DNA of 64,000 nt, taken from the NCBI RefSeq assembly GCF_036321535.1, contig NC_087436.1:107696001-107760000 (forward strand). Direction: 5' to 3'. The position numbers and the translations under genes were made by a program. Positions 1 to 12,360 of the stretch are shown here, piece after piece (within the stretch, counting starts at the first letter, position 1; each line of letters opens with the position of its first letter). The notes beneath the pieces were generated by a model that saw only the letters and a list, made by a program, of their open reading frames with translations, did no database searches and was not told where the DNA came from. The DNA comes from Camelus dromedarius. Taxonomy: Eukaryota.

Positions 1-246
1 CCCTTCCGCTGCAGGGAACTGTGTTCCGCCAACAACCTGAATCAGCTTGCAAGTAATTCTCCGCCAGCCTTCCAGTCACAGCCCTGGCCCTCGGACACCC
101 TGCTTCTGGCCTAAGTGCTGCTGCAGAGAAACCAGTGGAGCCCACCTGAACTCTTCAGCTACAGAACGGTGAGATAATAAATTTTGTGTTGCTCTGAGCT
201 GCTAAATTTGTGGTGTATGGTTCGACAGCACGAGATAACGAATACG
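1..246 (+). mobile_element. MaLR LTR 3' portion (MLT1D-like)
   Basis: Typical MLT1 end 'ctacagaacggtgagataataaattttgtgttg...gctgctaaatttgtggt...gataacgaatac'; cut by the window edge. Confidence 0.8.
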
Positions 247-289
247 AGTGGATGCAGGTGTCGTTGAGTCTGATCCCGCCATTTTGAAG

Positions 290-2135
290 TTCTCCGTGCA
301 TCTGTTGCCTCATGGTTTCAGCAGCTGTAGATGATTGTTGTTCAGAGCTGTTGTCATTAATGGTTACCAAATGGTGATTCTTCTTATTCTGTCATTCCTT
401 CTGCATTCAGTAGCTGGAACTCGTCTCTAATGAACTTTTGTCAATAATTTAGTTTCTCTGAAAACATTTGGATATGAAAAGCAGAATAAATGCCTTATGT
501 TTTCTCTTTATTTGGTTTCAGAATGCTGAAATAGTGGTTTTGCTATGATTTAAGGCGACCAATTAGTTTTTTTGTTGTGTCGTAAGTAGTATGAATTTGT
601 GGAGTTTTATATATTTGTGTATTTCAGCCACATTGCTGTCATTAATTTCTTTTTGGTGCTTAAATGGCCCCATTTTTGGCCGGTGGACCCCCCTTCAAGT
701 TCAATCCTGTGTCTTTTTGTCAAGGCCTCATTATATATGATAGCATTCTTACATTCAGGCCCTACAAAATCTCCTTTATCTTGTTTATCTCGTTCATTTT
801 GTGCCCCAGACACTGTACTGTTTCTCCGAGAATTCTTTGTGTTTTTTTGGGTGTTGAGAGATGAAAATCTGGGTGCTTAGGGGTGCTTTTGTCATTGCTT
901 CAAAGTCTTCTCAGACAGAGGTAGGAGGTGTTTTTTAGAAATTTCAAACAATAATACATTTATATTCAGTTTCTAAATCAAAGGTTACAATATGTGGTTT
1001 ATACTTGGAGTTTTATACTTCAGTCTTTGATAAAAATTTTGGCTTCTGACAATGTTAATATAATTATTGGCTTTTTCTATTATCTAACAATGCAAATATT
1101 ACTATTGCTAACAAAATTGCTGAATCTGGTTTAAGATTTCTCTGCAGTTTTTTTGTTGTGGTTGTGGTTGTAGTTGTTAGAATTTAGCCCTTTAGGGAAG
1201 TATGATGAGAATATTGGTTTTTAAAATTTTTTTATTATTTTAAATGATTTTTTATATTTTATTTATTCATTATTGTATTATTACTTAATTTCAGCAGGGT
1301 GGGGTGAGGTAATTAGATTTATTTATTTTTAGGGAAGGTACTGGGGATTGAACCCAAAGAATATTGTATTTTTAAAGTATCAAAATATTCTTCAGTAAGT
1401 GGTTATGTCATTAGTTTCCTATTTTTAAATTCACTAATTTTTGTTGTTTTTTTAATTTTGTGGTTGTTATTTTATTTTGTTTTTAAATGTGTAAATATTT
1501 ATGTAATTTTGGAGTTAAAAAAATAAAAGAAAACCAGGGGCATTTGGAGTTCTGGCATCTTGTCTTCTTCTGTATCTTCAGTCTTTTTCTCTGTAGGTAG
1601 CCTTCTTATTATTGATTTTTAATTCAGAAAATACAATTAACTATGTCTGTGTATGTATGCATATGTTTCTATACAAATATTCATAGTTTTCCTTACCTAA
1701 ATAAAAATTAGCCTGTTTAGCACACCATTTACTTTGCCTTTTACATGTGATGTATCCTGGAGATCACGCCACAGCAGTATACAGAGATCTTTCTCATTCC
1801 TTTTTATACCTACATGATATTCCATAACTTATTCATAGTAGGTTTACTCAGCGTGCCCCCCTTTGCTGGACACTTGATTTGTTCCAGTCTTTTGTTATTA
1901 TAAATGATGCTGCAGTGAACCCTGTGCCTTCTTCTTTCCTTATTTGCTTGTATATACTTAGGATGTATTTATAGAAATGGGATTGTGGGGCCAAAGGGTA
2001 AATGTATCCTTTTTTATGAGAAAAAAATTTCATAGTTATTTTTGATGATAACAATATTAAGGCAGAACAGAAAATTATAATTTTGGTGGATTTCCCCAAA
2101 TAGCCCTGCATGAAGGTTATACATTTTGCAACCCC
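290..2135 (-). mobile_element. Old L1 3' region (L1MC4/L1MC5-like), fragmented
   Basis: 'ggtttcagcagctgtagatgattg...aaatggtgattcttcttattctgtcattccttct' and 'tatcctggagatc...gatctttctcattcctttt...ttccagtcttttgttattataaatgatgctgcagtgaac' resemble antisense L1MC 3' sequence; T-rich plus strand. Confidence 0.65.
1227..1356 (-). mobile_element. Camelid tRNA-derived SINE (Vic-1-like), 5'-truncated
   Basis: 'gaggtaattagatttatttattttt...ggtactggggattgaaccc' is the antisense B-box plus tail; flanking direct repeat AGAATATTG at 1208-1216 and 1358-1366. Confidence 0.8.
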
Positions 2136-2716
2136 ATGAGCCATTTTTTGAGTTCACCGACTACTGATGGGGACTGGCTTGTGATCATGCATACTCTTTG
2201 AGTGTTGATGCTTCACATGTAGATGATGGGTAACGCTTCCTTTCTGACCAGTAGGAGGACAAACTCTAAGAACCACAAAGTGAAAATGCATGATGCAGAG
2301 GAAGTGTGTAATAGATGTGAGCTTGCTTTCCTCCCTGGAGGAAATCCAGTAGTTCATTTAATAAATGTGTGCTGAGAACCAGGGGCTGCCCCCTTTTGAA
2401 GGTATGGAAAAGCAGCAATAAACAGACTGATAAGCTCTTTTCCTCTTAGAAGCTACAAGAGACAGAATTTTGTAAACATAAAAAATATGCATTCCCAGAA
2501 GTGCTTTGATGTAGAAACACATGGAAGCTGAGGTTGTCAAGGGTGCTCTTGTACCTCAATTTTCTCCTTTTTAAGAAAATACATACTGTTCAAGCTATTT
2601 CACAAGGTTGTTTTGAAAAAGGAAATAAATTTCTGGATATTTAAGTGCTTTGGAAAGTTGCTTAGCACTTGTGTTTTTTCTTTAATCGTTGAAGAAAGGA
2701 ACAAAAAGAAAGGTGC

Positions 2717-3191
2717 TGTGTTAGTATCCTAGGGCTGTCATAGCAAAATGTCACCAACTGAGTGGTCTTAAACAACAGAAATGTGTTGTTTCGCAGTTCT
2801 GGAGGTTAGAACTCTGCTGTGGAGGTGTCAGCAGGGCCGTGCTCCCTCTGAAACCTGTGGGGGGATCCCTCCTTGCCTTTTCTCAGCCTCTGGTGGTTGG
2901 TGGGCAGCCTGTGGCCTTCCTTGGCTTGTAGATGCATCCTTCCCATCTCTGCCTTCATTGTTAACACGGCGTTCTCCCTGGGAGCCTTCGTGTCTTTACA
3001 TGTTTTCCTATAGTAACACCAGCTGTATTGAATTGAGGGCCATCCAACTCCAGTATGACCTCATCTTCACTTAATACATCTTAGTGTGTTTCCAAGCAAG
3101 GTCACATAGTGAGGTACCGGTGATTTGTGGTTTAACAGATATATAATTTTTGGTGGCGGGTTGCGGGGAGTGCAGAATTCAACCCTTAACA
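2717..3191 (-). mobile_element. MaLR solo LTR (MLT1B/C-like)
   Basis: tgtgttagt...aattcaacccttaaca termini; internal 'cttaaacaacagaaat...cagttctggagg'; near-perfect 5-bp TSD ggtgc/gatgc. Confidence 0.85.
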
Positions 3192-3719
3192 GATGCTAAC
3201 GTACAAAAATTAACACTCAAAACAAGCTCCAAGTGTCTCCTGGTAAAGTAATAGGGATGGAGATGAACAAAATATGAGGGCCCCTGACTCTTCCTCATAA
3301 AAGGTCTCATCGAGGAGCTTCCCAACAGAACTGCCATTACTGTGTCAATTCCGTGTCCAGGTGACTGACCAACGTTTGCCCAGTTCCTCATCTTCCTTCA
3401 GAACCAGGTCTTCAAATTGGCCTGGATATCTTTCTTCCTACCCAGAAATGGGGTTTTTAGGGAGTAAGTCGGTTGTTCTTGTGAACAAATCAGCAGATAG
3501 AGCCCAATTAAAATGTGCTCTGTCTTCCTAAAATAAAAAACATTCGTAATTATTTCTGGTTATAACAATAGTAAGGCAGAACAGAAAAATGTAAAGAAGA
3601 GACCGCCAAACTCTTGGGATGGAGTTGATTACTGTTAACACTTTGAAGATACTTGAGTACCTCTCTTGAGTGACAGTGTGTGCCTCTGTGTGATTGTGTA
3701 TGTGTATGTGTGTGTATTT

Positions 3720-4515
3720 TGTATCTATTAGGAATGCATTTGCCTGAAAGTAATAGAAAGCCAAAAGAGGGTGGATTTGATAATAAATAAGTGTTTTCTT
3801 GTTTCATGTTTTAAGAACTCTGGAAGTAGTTTCTGATGTTGGATCAAGGATTCAGTGGTATCAGGGCTAAGAATCAGCTAGTCTCTTGTATATTTATAAG
3901 ATATTCTTTTATTCCTTTCCATTTTGGTTTCAGAATGGCTGCCACAGCTCTAACCATATTGGTAATCCAGGAAAGAAGAAAAAGAAAGGGGAAATCTGTC
4001 ATCCCTCCCCTTTTGTTAGGAAAACAAAAGCTTTTCCTGAAACCATCCCAGACCTCTCTCCCACCTGCAGCCACTGGAGCCACCTGTGTCATTGCTGGGG
4101 CAGAATCACGTGATTGTTTCGGGTTGTCTGGGATACTGGGAATATGGGGCCCAGGACTGCTTAGATGAGAGGTTGGCCAACTATGCTTTGTGGGCCAGAC
4201 TGGCCCACTGCCTGTTTTTATAAATAAAGTTTTATTAGAACACAACCATTCCCATTGATTTACATATTTTCTACAGCTGCATTCACACTACAGCAACAGA
4301 GCTGAATAGCTGTGACAGCAACCATGTGCCCCACAAATCCTAATATATTTATCGTCTGGTCCTTGACAGAAAAGTTGATCAACCCCTAGGTTAGGTCAAG
4401 TAGTGATCCTCATAGACCAAGGCTGGGAACATTGTTCTAAATAAAAATGGGTTTTATTAGCAAGGAAGAAAGTGGGAATGGCTGTTGGGTGGGTGATTAA
4501 AAGTATCGGTCATGA
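3720..4515 (-). mobile_element. Ancient MaLR LTR (MLT1J/K/L-like) split by MER58A
   Basis: Starts 'tattaggaatgcatttgcctgaaagtaatagaaa', ends 'ttattagcaaggaagaaagtgggaatggctgttgggt'; the two parts flank the DNA transposon. Confidence 0.6.
4167..4388 (+). mobile_element. hAT-Charlie MITE (MER58A)
   Basis: 'gtttttataaataaagttttattagaacaca...gagctgaatagctgtgaca...aaaagttgatcaacccct'; degenerate 8-bp TSD gcttagat/ggttaggt (6 of 8 match). Confidence 0.9.
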
Positions 4516-4889
4516 TGGGGTTGGTAATAGAGGTTGGGGCTGAAAAGACAAAGTTGAATTAACCTTTATAGGAACAATGGTTTATTTCCTCATCAATCAC
4601 CTACTGCTTCAGCATTCTCTTCCATCCATTTATTTCTTGGGTATCATCCCTTAACTCGATCCTTAGGTAACAAGCAACTCCTCTACCATCTCTGAACATC
4701 TTACTCTCTCGAAAGGTTCCAATTTCACTCATGTATACCTTAGAGTAAATTTAAGGTAATATGTCCTTTTCCGTGGAGCATGTTTTAAGCCTTGATCTTA
4801 CATAGGAAGGCTGACCAATGAAGAAGAATTTCAGACTCCAGAGTATATGTAGGAGGCTTCCTCCTCCCTTCTTCCTTTCTTTCCTTTGT

Positions 4890-6250
4890 CAGATATTAAA
4901 TTAGCATCTATACATCCCAGACTTTGTTCTAGTTGCTGAGACTACAAAAGAGAAGACAGGCAAAGTCCCTGCCCTCAAAAAACATAAATCAGCCATACTG
5001 GGGAAAAAATGGAGTATAAACAAACCATAAATAAATATGCAATAAAATATCAAGTGATGAGTTCTTAGAAGAAAACTTAAGGGAATAGTGATAAGAGACC
5101 AGGAGAGGCTTTTCTTGGGAGTGTAATCTCTACCTGAAGGCAGTGATGCAGGGAACCCTGCATATAGATGAGAAAAGGATTCTAGGCAGAGGGAGGTGTA
5201 AGTGCAAAGGCCCTGAGGTAGAGCTTTGATTGGAACTGTCATGAACAGCAAGAATGTCAGTGCTCAGTTCACAGTGAGCAAGCAGAGTACTCCAAAACTT
5301 AAGACTGAGCTTATAGCTAGTTGTTGGATCTCACAAGGACTTGTGAGCCATGGAGAGCAATTGGGTGTTTATTCTAATTCTGGTGGCCACCCATTGGAAG
5401 ATTTTGATCAGGAGCAAAAAATGTTCTGATTAATACTTAAAAAAGAAACCCTTGGAGCACTCTGGACAGAAAGCAAATTTCCATTTGCACAGAAATAATT
5501 TGTTGAATTGTCAAAGTGCTTGTTAACAGTAAATTTCCATTCATTCATTGAACAAGAAAATATTTAACAACTGTTATACTGTAGGCACCTTTTTAAGCTT
5601 TGAGGAGATAATGGTGAATGAGACATAAGCCCTAACCTTGTGGAATTTATAATCTATTAGTTGAACTTTAGAAGTAAACAGATAATTGTAATTAGTGTAG
5701 TAAGTTCTACAAAAACAGTGAACACAGTGGGACATCTGAGCCCATTGCAGAAGCCACACAGCCTAAACTTGGCTGGATTGGGAAGGAAGGAAGACGTGTT
5801 CACTGGAGTTGTGTCCTAAAGGATGGGTCGTGGAGTAGAAGGGAGCTACGGCTGCCAGATAAAACACGGTAACAGTTTAAATTTGAACTTGATGTAAATA
5901 GTGGTGGATAATTTTTTTTTTTAGTATAAGTATGTCCTAGATATTGCATAGGGCATGCTTTTACTTAAAAGGTATTTGTTTTAGATTCTGAAATTCAGGT
6001 TTAACTGGGTATCCTGTATTTTTATTTCTTACATCTAGCAAACCTGGAGGATGTCCGTTGTGGGTGTTGCAAGTAGTTTTGGGTGAGCCTGGAGTCCAGA
6101 GTTGGAGAGAAGTAGGTTGGGTCAAATTGCATCCTACTGTCAGGATAAAGTCCAAAAAACAACCAGTGGCATGTTTTAAACAGGGAAGTGACAGGCTCAG
6201 ATTTCAAATTTAGGAAAAAGCACGACACTCTGGCTGTGAAGTACAGATGA
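4890..6250 (-). mobile_element. LINE-2 fragments
   Basis: 'aaagtccctgccctc', 'aagtgcaaaggccctgagg', 'ggccacccattggaagattttgatcagga', 'cattcattcattgaacaa' are antisense L2 3' motifs; at least two pieces, interrupted by MER53. Confidence 0.7.
5847..6046. mobile_element. Palindromic hAT MITE (MER53-like)
   Basis: gctgccagataaaa ... atctagcaaacct termini; self-complementary arms 'aaatttgaa...ttagtataagtatgtcc' and 'gggcatgcttttactt...tgaaattcaggtttaactggg'. Confidence 0.85.
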
Positions 6251-6860
6251 TAAAATGGAGGCTTTCTTCGCAGCTTAAAGAGACTGTCTAAAGAAGTCAT
6301 TTTGTGACATTAAGTTTTTAACTTAATTATTTTTGGCTGCTTCTGTATTCCCCTGAGGAAGGGTTTGTTATGTGTTCTTATTGGTCCATACTAATTTTAG
6401 CAGAAGATAACTTCGAAGAGAAAATTTTTTTATAAGAAACAAAACCAGGTTTTCACAAAGAGAGCGCACATCTCCCAAAGCACCCAGAACACATTCGCAG
6501 GCGTTACCTCGTGTGCCCTCAGCATCCTCCTCGCTGTCCGTTTCAGGGGATAGAGAGGGCACGTGTCCAAAGCTTCATCTCTTGCAGTTGCTCATTCTAA
6601 CCTCAAGCAAGGACCCCCGAGGGTGTCTCTGACAAGGCAGATGCTAAGGCGTTCTCAGGAGGCCGAGAGGACCTCCTGGTGGGGAAGAGGCCATGCTCTC
6701 TGTCAACAGCCCAAACTCCAAGTTCAGCCTGACTCTGAAACAGGTTCATGAGGGCCAGATGAAATTTCTTTGGAGATGAAAATGCAAATGGGAATTTCTC
6801 ATCAAGCACAACGCCACGGGCCACAGTGATTCTGAAGCAGGAGTCCCTTCTAGTAATTGT

Positions 6861-7205
6861 TTTTTTAATTGAAATGTCATTGACTTACAATGTTAGTTTC
6901 AGGTGTATAGTCAAGCAGTTCAGTTATGCATACATATATATTTTTTTTCAGTTTCTTTTCCATTGCGGCTCATTACAAGAAATTGAATAGAGTTCCCTGT
7001 GCTATACAGTAGGTCCTTGTTATTTATCTATTTTATATATAGTAATGTGAGTCTGTTAATCCCAACCCCTAATTCATCCCTCCCTGCACTTTCCCCTTTT
7101 GTAATGACAGTTTGTATTCTTTGTCCATGAGTCTGGTTTTTTTTGGTTTATAAATAGAATTTGTATTTTTTTTTTTAGATTCCACATATAAATGATATCA
7201 TATGA
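6861..7205 (-). mobile_element. L1 3' UTR fragment (artiodactyl/camelid type)
   Basis: T-rich tail, then 'gttccctgtgctatacagtaggtccttgtt...tagattccacatataaatgatatcata'. Confidence 0.85.
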
Positions 7206-7614
7206 TAATTGCATATAGCTGTAATTTTTCATCTATATTATCTTCCTGTCAGAATTGGTTGGCCTATAAAGCTCATTTTTCTTAATCTGAATCTTGTTCT
7301 TTCTCCTTCTGCTTCCCTTCCACCCATTCTCTGTCATCCACCTCAAATGCCCGGTTCTTTTACTTTGTTCTTCACATCGTCATTCACTCATTCATTCATT
7401 AAATGTTACTAAATATCTACTAGGAAGCCTATTTCTGGTTTAGGTGCTGAAGAATAAAAAGGTGGATCAAAGACTGTCTTTTTCCGGAATCTATTTATAG
7501 TAGCTGGAGGAAAGGAGAAAGAGGGAAAAAAAAGAATAAGTAACAGTTATTATCATAAAATGATAATTAATGGTCATAATTTACTTACTATTATAAAAAT
7601 ATGTCATGATAATA

Positions 7615-7840
7615 GTAACAATGTAGAAGGTGCTTACTAGGTACCAGAGACTCTTCTAAGAACTTTATAGATATTCACTCATTCAATATTCAGAAAAATT
7701 TGATAAGGAAACTGATTATCATCACCATTTTATGAGAAAACCGAGATGCAGAGTTTCATAGGTTTGCTTACAATCTCCAGGTTAGTCAAAGAGCTGGGCA
7801 GAGACCAGCAGTCTGGCTCTAGAGGTTGTGTTCGTAATAA
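7615..7840 (-). mobile_element. MIR SINE
   Basis: 'gtgcttactaggtaccag...tcactcattcaat...atcaccattttatgagaaaaccgagatgcagag'. Confidence 0.7.
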
Positions 7841-9519
7841 TATGTTTTATTAGTAGAAATATTGTCTATTTTATATATCTATAGGCAAATATGTTTTATA
7901 AAAGTCATTTCTGTAATATGCTATTCATTATTTAAAGATCATTTTCTGTGGCATTCATACTGTTGGGTAAGTAAGAGGATCACGGTCGCTCGGTATAGTA
8001 CCTGACGGTAGACCATCTACCCCGGATGTGAACCTGGTGCAGTTGCACCTGCTGGTGTGAAGCTATAATGAGGTTTTTGGCTAAGGACTGAGATTTGGGA
8101 GTCTTTAATGGGGATTTAAAACTATGAAGTGAACAGTATCAACTAGCAGAGATATGTGTTAAGAAGAGCAGGATGAGATAAAACTCTGAAGCCTCGACAT
8201 TTAGAGGGTGGGCAGAAGAAGTACCTGGTACCAATAAGGAAGGAAAGACAGGGTGTGAGGCAGGAGAGAACAGGGCGAGAAGGCAGGGAAGACCAGGAAA
8301 TGGAGTTTCAAGGATGGAATCATCCACGTTGTCAGACACAGCAGAGATCCACTCCGTTCCCTGAGCTTCATGAATCAGTCGCCCTTGACAAAGCTGAACA
8401 ACATTGCCTTCCTGCTGTGACCCATGGTCTCCCCATCTGTCTTGGGGTTGGTGTTCTCTTCTTTTCCTCTAGTGGTTGGGCTCTTCTCTTAGATTTTGTA
8501 TACCTGGCCTCCAACAGCTTCTACCTGCTCCATCCTGTCTGGATGAGCCCCCCTCTGGCCAAATGGGGCACACCTGGGCCTCTGATTGTGCTTCTGTTCT
8601 GAGTTTGCTTTTGATGGAAGAAAACAGATGAAATGACTCACCCCCAGAGCAGGATGGCCTGAACTCATGTTAAGGAAATAAGAAAGGGGAGAAGACAAAA
8701 GTCTTAGGAGGAATTACACTGTTTAAAAAGCAAACTGAGTAAAATTAAATTGAGTAAAGAATAAATCCCTGAAGAAATTCTGGAAGGTGACCATTTTAGT
8801 CTTAGAGAAAAGTTTTTGAAAGTTACTATCACACTTCTTTAAAAATTCTGAGACAGGCTTATTTGATTATCCACCGTTCTTCCAGTTCCCCCAAGTACCC
8901 TCTGAGTATGGTGCCGGTGAGAAGACCTTCAGGGAGGAATGGATCACCATGTCCTTCTCCCGAGAGCTGAGGATGGGCTGAGACAGGTGCTGAATTTACT
9001 TGGGGAATAAAGGCAGCAGAAAGTGGACCAAGCTCCCAGATTATCTCAGAAGGGAGTCCAAGTCACTAGATGAGACCATAGCTTCCAAATAGGTGTGCAG
9101 TTCAGAAAACATTATACCTTTCCCATATCTGTTATTTTGGTTTTCCTGTGTGTATTCCTCCTAGTGATTAGCAATAGAGACTTTCAATCAAAAAGACTCA
9201 CGTTCTTGCTTTGAGAAAGAGACCGTGGTGAAACAAAAGAGATACTATATCCAACTCTGCAGCTAGTTTTGGGGTAGAGGAAACCCTACAGATGCTGGTA
9301 GCAGTGACTTTAAATTGGAAGGAAGGAATCATGAGTCATAGGGCAAGAGAAAATGCAAAAAAGAGAGCCAAGGTAAAAAGAAAAAGTATCAATATTACTA
9401 TAATTTTAATATTATTAAAGGATTGCAGTGCCCCAGGCAATATTTGAAGTGTTTTTAACCAATTTTTAACACATTTAAACCACCTAGTAATAGTATGCGC
9501 TTCTTGTCCCTCTCACTAA

Positions 9520-9790
9520 TGCTACCTAACAAAGCTTCCCAGAATTTAGTGGTGTCGAATGACAACAGTTTTGTTATACTCGTAGATTCTGGGGGTCAGG
9601 AATTCAAATCAAGCACAGTGAGCCTGACTTTCCCCTATCTGCAATGTCTGGAACATCAGCTAAGAAGACTCAAATATCTGGGGGCTGAAGGAGCTGAGAC
9701 TGGGAGATCCGTTTCCAAGATGGTGTCTTCACTCACACGTTTGGCTTCTTGATAGGGGTGGATGGTTGGCTTGAAGGCTGGTCACTACTA
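9520..9790 (-). mobile_element. MaLR LTR fragment (MLT1F/G/H-like)
   Basis: 'gattctgggggtcaggaattc...ttccaagatggtgtcttcactcacacgtttggc'. Confidence 0.7.
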
Positions 9791-11011
9791 TCATGCAACT
9801 AGCATCACTCTCTTCCTTTTAAGAATGAGAGGGCAAGGTCGGAAGTTAAGAATTTGAAGTTGGAGAACAGATTGTGGAGCCTGGGCTGTCAACCATCCCT
9901 GGTGCTGGCCACCCACAGCAGGTCAGAGCTGGCCCCTCTACCACCCAGGTTCATTCTCAACTCAATGTAAGGCTGTCTTTGACCTTGGAAGGAACATCCC
10001 TGCCCTTCAGTGATTGTCTAATAGGAAGCAGCGTGAAGGGACATTTAAATAGGTGTTTTTGCATTATTGATGGGGTAGAGGTGTTGAGGATACAGGGTTC
10101 AGAGAGAGCAAATTTCTGGGACTTGTATTGGCCATTAAAGAGGTTACATGATGTTGGGCAGTCGCTTCATCTGGCTGCACCCTGATTTCTCCACTCTTTG
10201 ATCAAGGCGTATGTAAAGCTTCTTTCAACTCTGGTATCTCATAGCCTAGAATTAAGTAGACGGTGGGGGAGCCAGGGAGACTTGCAGCTTTCTTCAAGAA
10301 ACCCGTGTTGAGAGCAGCTTCTCTGTGAGTTTGCATTCAGTGGGTCCAACTTGTCTCGATCCAAAGTTCGGTTGGGAGTTTGAACAGACCTCTCGCCCAT
10401 GGAGAAGCATAACTCATCTGTAAGAAGCGGCACAGGTTGGGAGAGGGTTTTAAAGTGTTTCCTCCTCTGAAATCAGATGCGTTAGTCCTGAAAGCTGTAG
10501 AACAAAGTGCAAATTATATGAAACCACAGGACTTCAGAAACATTTTTATGAATATTCTTCCGGTAATGAAATTACTTTGGATAATGCATTTCTTGGATGT
10601 GTCTTATGTAAAGAAGGGGAAATAAACTGATGCCAATTAAAAAACAAAATAAAACGAACTTGATGAACTGAAGCTGTTAAATATTTAAAAGATCTAAGCA
10701 ACATAACATTTATTATTTTTGTCTTATCTTGACAGAAATACTGAAGAAGATGTCCAGTAAAATGTTAACATAAACGTGTGAAAATTTTGCAGATATGGAC
10801 TTTATTAAGGCAATTAGTACTGGGGTGGATTTACTTCATTTTGCTATGCAGAAATTTCATTTGGGGTGTGTGTGTGTGTGTGTTCAGATGCTATGTCTAT
10901 TTTTCTTCCAAAACATGATTGATACCAAGTGTCATACTTGTAAAGTCACCCTGTGACACAACCTTCTTTAATTCTACTTTTCCTTGAGTAACTTGTAATT
11001 CCTGGGACAAA

Positions 11012-11262
11012 TAATGAAAACCACCACAGTAAGGTTTATTGAGTACTTATTCTCTGCTAGGCACTATGCTGAGCATTTCTTACTTAGGCCCTCCAAAATT
11101 TCTAATGAGGTAGGTATTATTATTACCATCCTCATTGCACAGAGGGGGAACTTGAGGGTCAGAAGCATTAAGGTCACACAGCTGATAAGAGCCAGGAGAG
11201 CCCGGGTTTGACTCCACCTCAGTCAGAATCTGGAGCACAAGTTCTTAACCACCAGGCAACAC
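11012..11262 (-). mobile_element. MIR SINE
   Basis: 'tttattgagtacttattctctgctaggcactatgctgagc...gaggtaggtattattattacc...aaggtcacacagct'. Confidence 0.85.
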
Positions 11263-11407
11263 TAGCATCTTAGGGTTTCCTTTCAGTCCTGCATTATTTT
11301 TTTGCACTGATCTGGGAGTAATGCTCTGATTCTATTCTGAAATTTTGTGGCTCATGGTCTTTCTTGTAGATTTATTGCATCCACTGCCTGCTGTCCATGA
11401 AGCCAAG

Positions 11408-11762
11408 TATTACAGCCAAATGCATCTGTTGAAGCCTTAACCCTCAAGGTGATATATTTGGAGGTGGCATCTTTGGTAGGTAGTTCAGTTTAGATGAGGT
11501 CATGATGTTGGGGCTTGAATGATGGGACTAGTGTCCTTATAAGAAGGAGAGAGGGCAAAACTCTGTCTCCCTCTGCCATGTGGGGACACAGTGAGAAGCT
11601 GGACACAGTGACTGCCAGCCAGGAGGAGGGCACTCACCAGGGGCCGGATCTGCTGACACCTTGATCTTAGACTTCCCAGCCTCCAGAGACATGAGGTATA
11701 AGGGTCTGTTGTTTAAGCCCCCTGGTCGGTGGTGTTTTGCTGTGGCAGCTCAAGCTACGAAA
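11408..11762 (+). mobile_element. MaLR solo LTR (MLT1A0-like)
   Basis: 'ttagatgaggtcatgatg...ccttataagaagga...accttgatcttagacttcccagcctccaga'; exact 5-bp TSD CCAAG at 11403-11407 and 11763-11767. Confidence 0.9.
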
Positions 11763-11935
11763 CCAAGGTTTGTGTTGTCTTGTGCATAGTGCTCATCCCA
11801 GGTGTCTCCTCTAGGAAGCGCTCCCTGACCTCCCGGGTGGAACCTTGTGCTCCCTCCATTGGCCTGATGCTCCAGCCTATATGTTTAGTATTTCTCTAAC
11901 AGCACTATCCTGTTCTGTTGCAGTTATTTCTTATC

Positions 11936-12360
11936 TTTTATTGTAGCAAGAACCCCCACATGACATAAATCACCCTCCCAACACTTTCCAAGTGTATAGG
12001 ACAATATTGTCAACCGCATGCACATTGTTGTGCGAGAAACTCTCAGAGCCCCCCACGCTGCATGACTGAAATGCTGCACGCATCGGATAACAACTCCTCA
12101 CTTGCCTCCCCCCTACCCTGGCAACCACTCTTCTGTTTTCCTTTTCTGTGAGTTTTAACTATTTTGGATACCTCATATGAGTGGAATCATGCAGTATTTG
12201 AATATTTGTCACTTTGGGACTGGTTTATTTCAATTAGCATAAATATGCTCAAGATTCATCCATGTTGTGGCATATGACAGGATTTTCTTTATTTTAAGGC
12301 TGAATAATATTCCATTGGATGTATATATCATATTATCTTCATTCATCCATCCATGGGTCT
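11936..12360 (-). mobile_element. L1MA/MB-type 3' fragment
   Basis: 'ccctggcaaccactcttctg...gatacctcatatgagtggaatcatgcagtatttg...aaggctgaataatattccatt'; probable degenerate TSD ttgcagttattt / ttgcaatttattt around the whole L1 pair. Confidence 0.85.

Noticed and set aside
6368..6562. Acidic ORF (ETDSEEDAEGTR) with a donor-like GAG/GTAACG as a minus-strand exon
   Set aside because: In-frame stop just upstream, no polypyrimidine acceptor, and I do not recognise the peptide.
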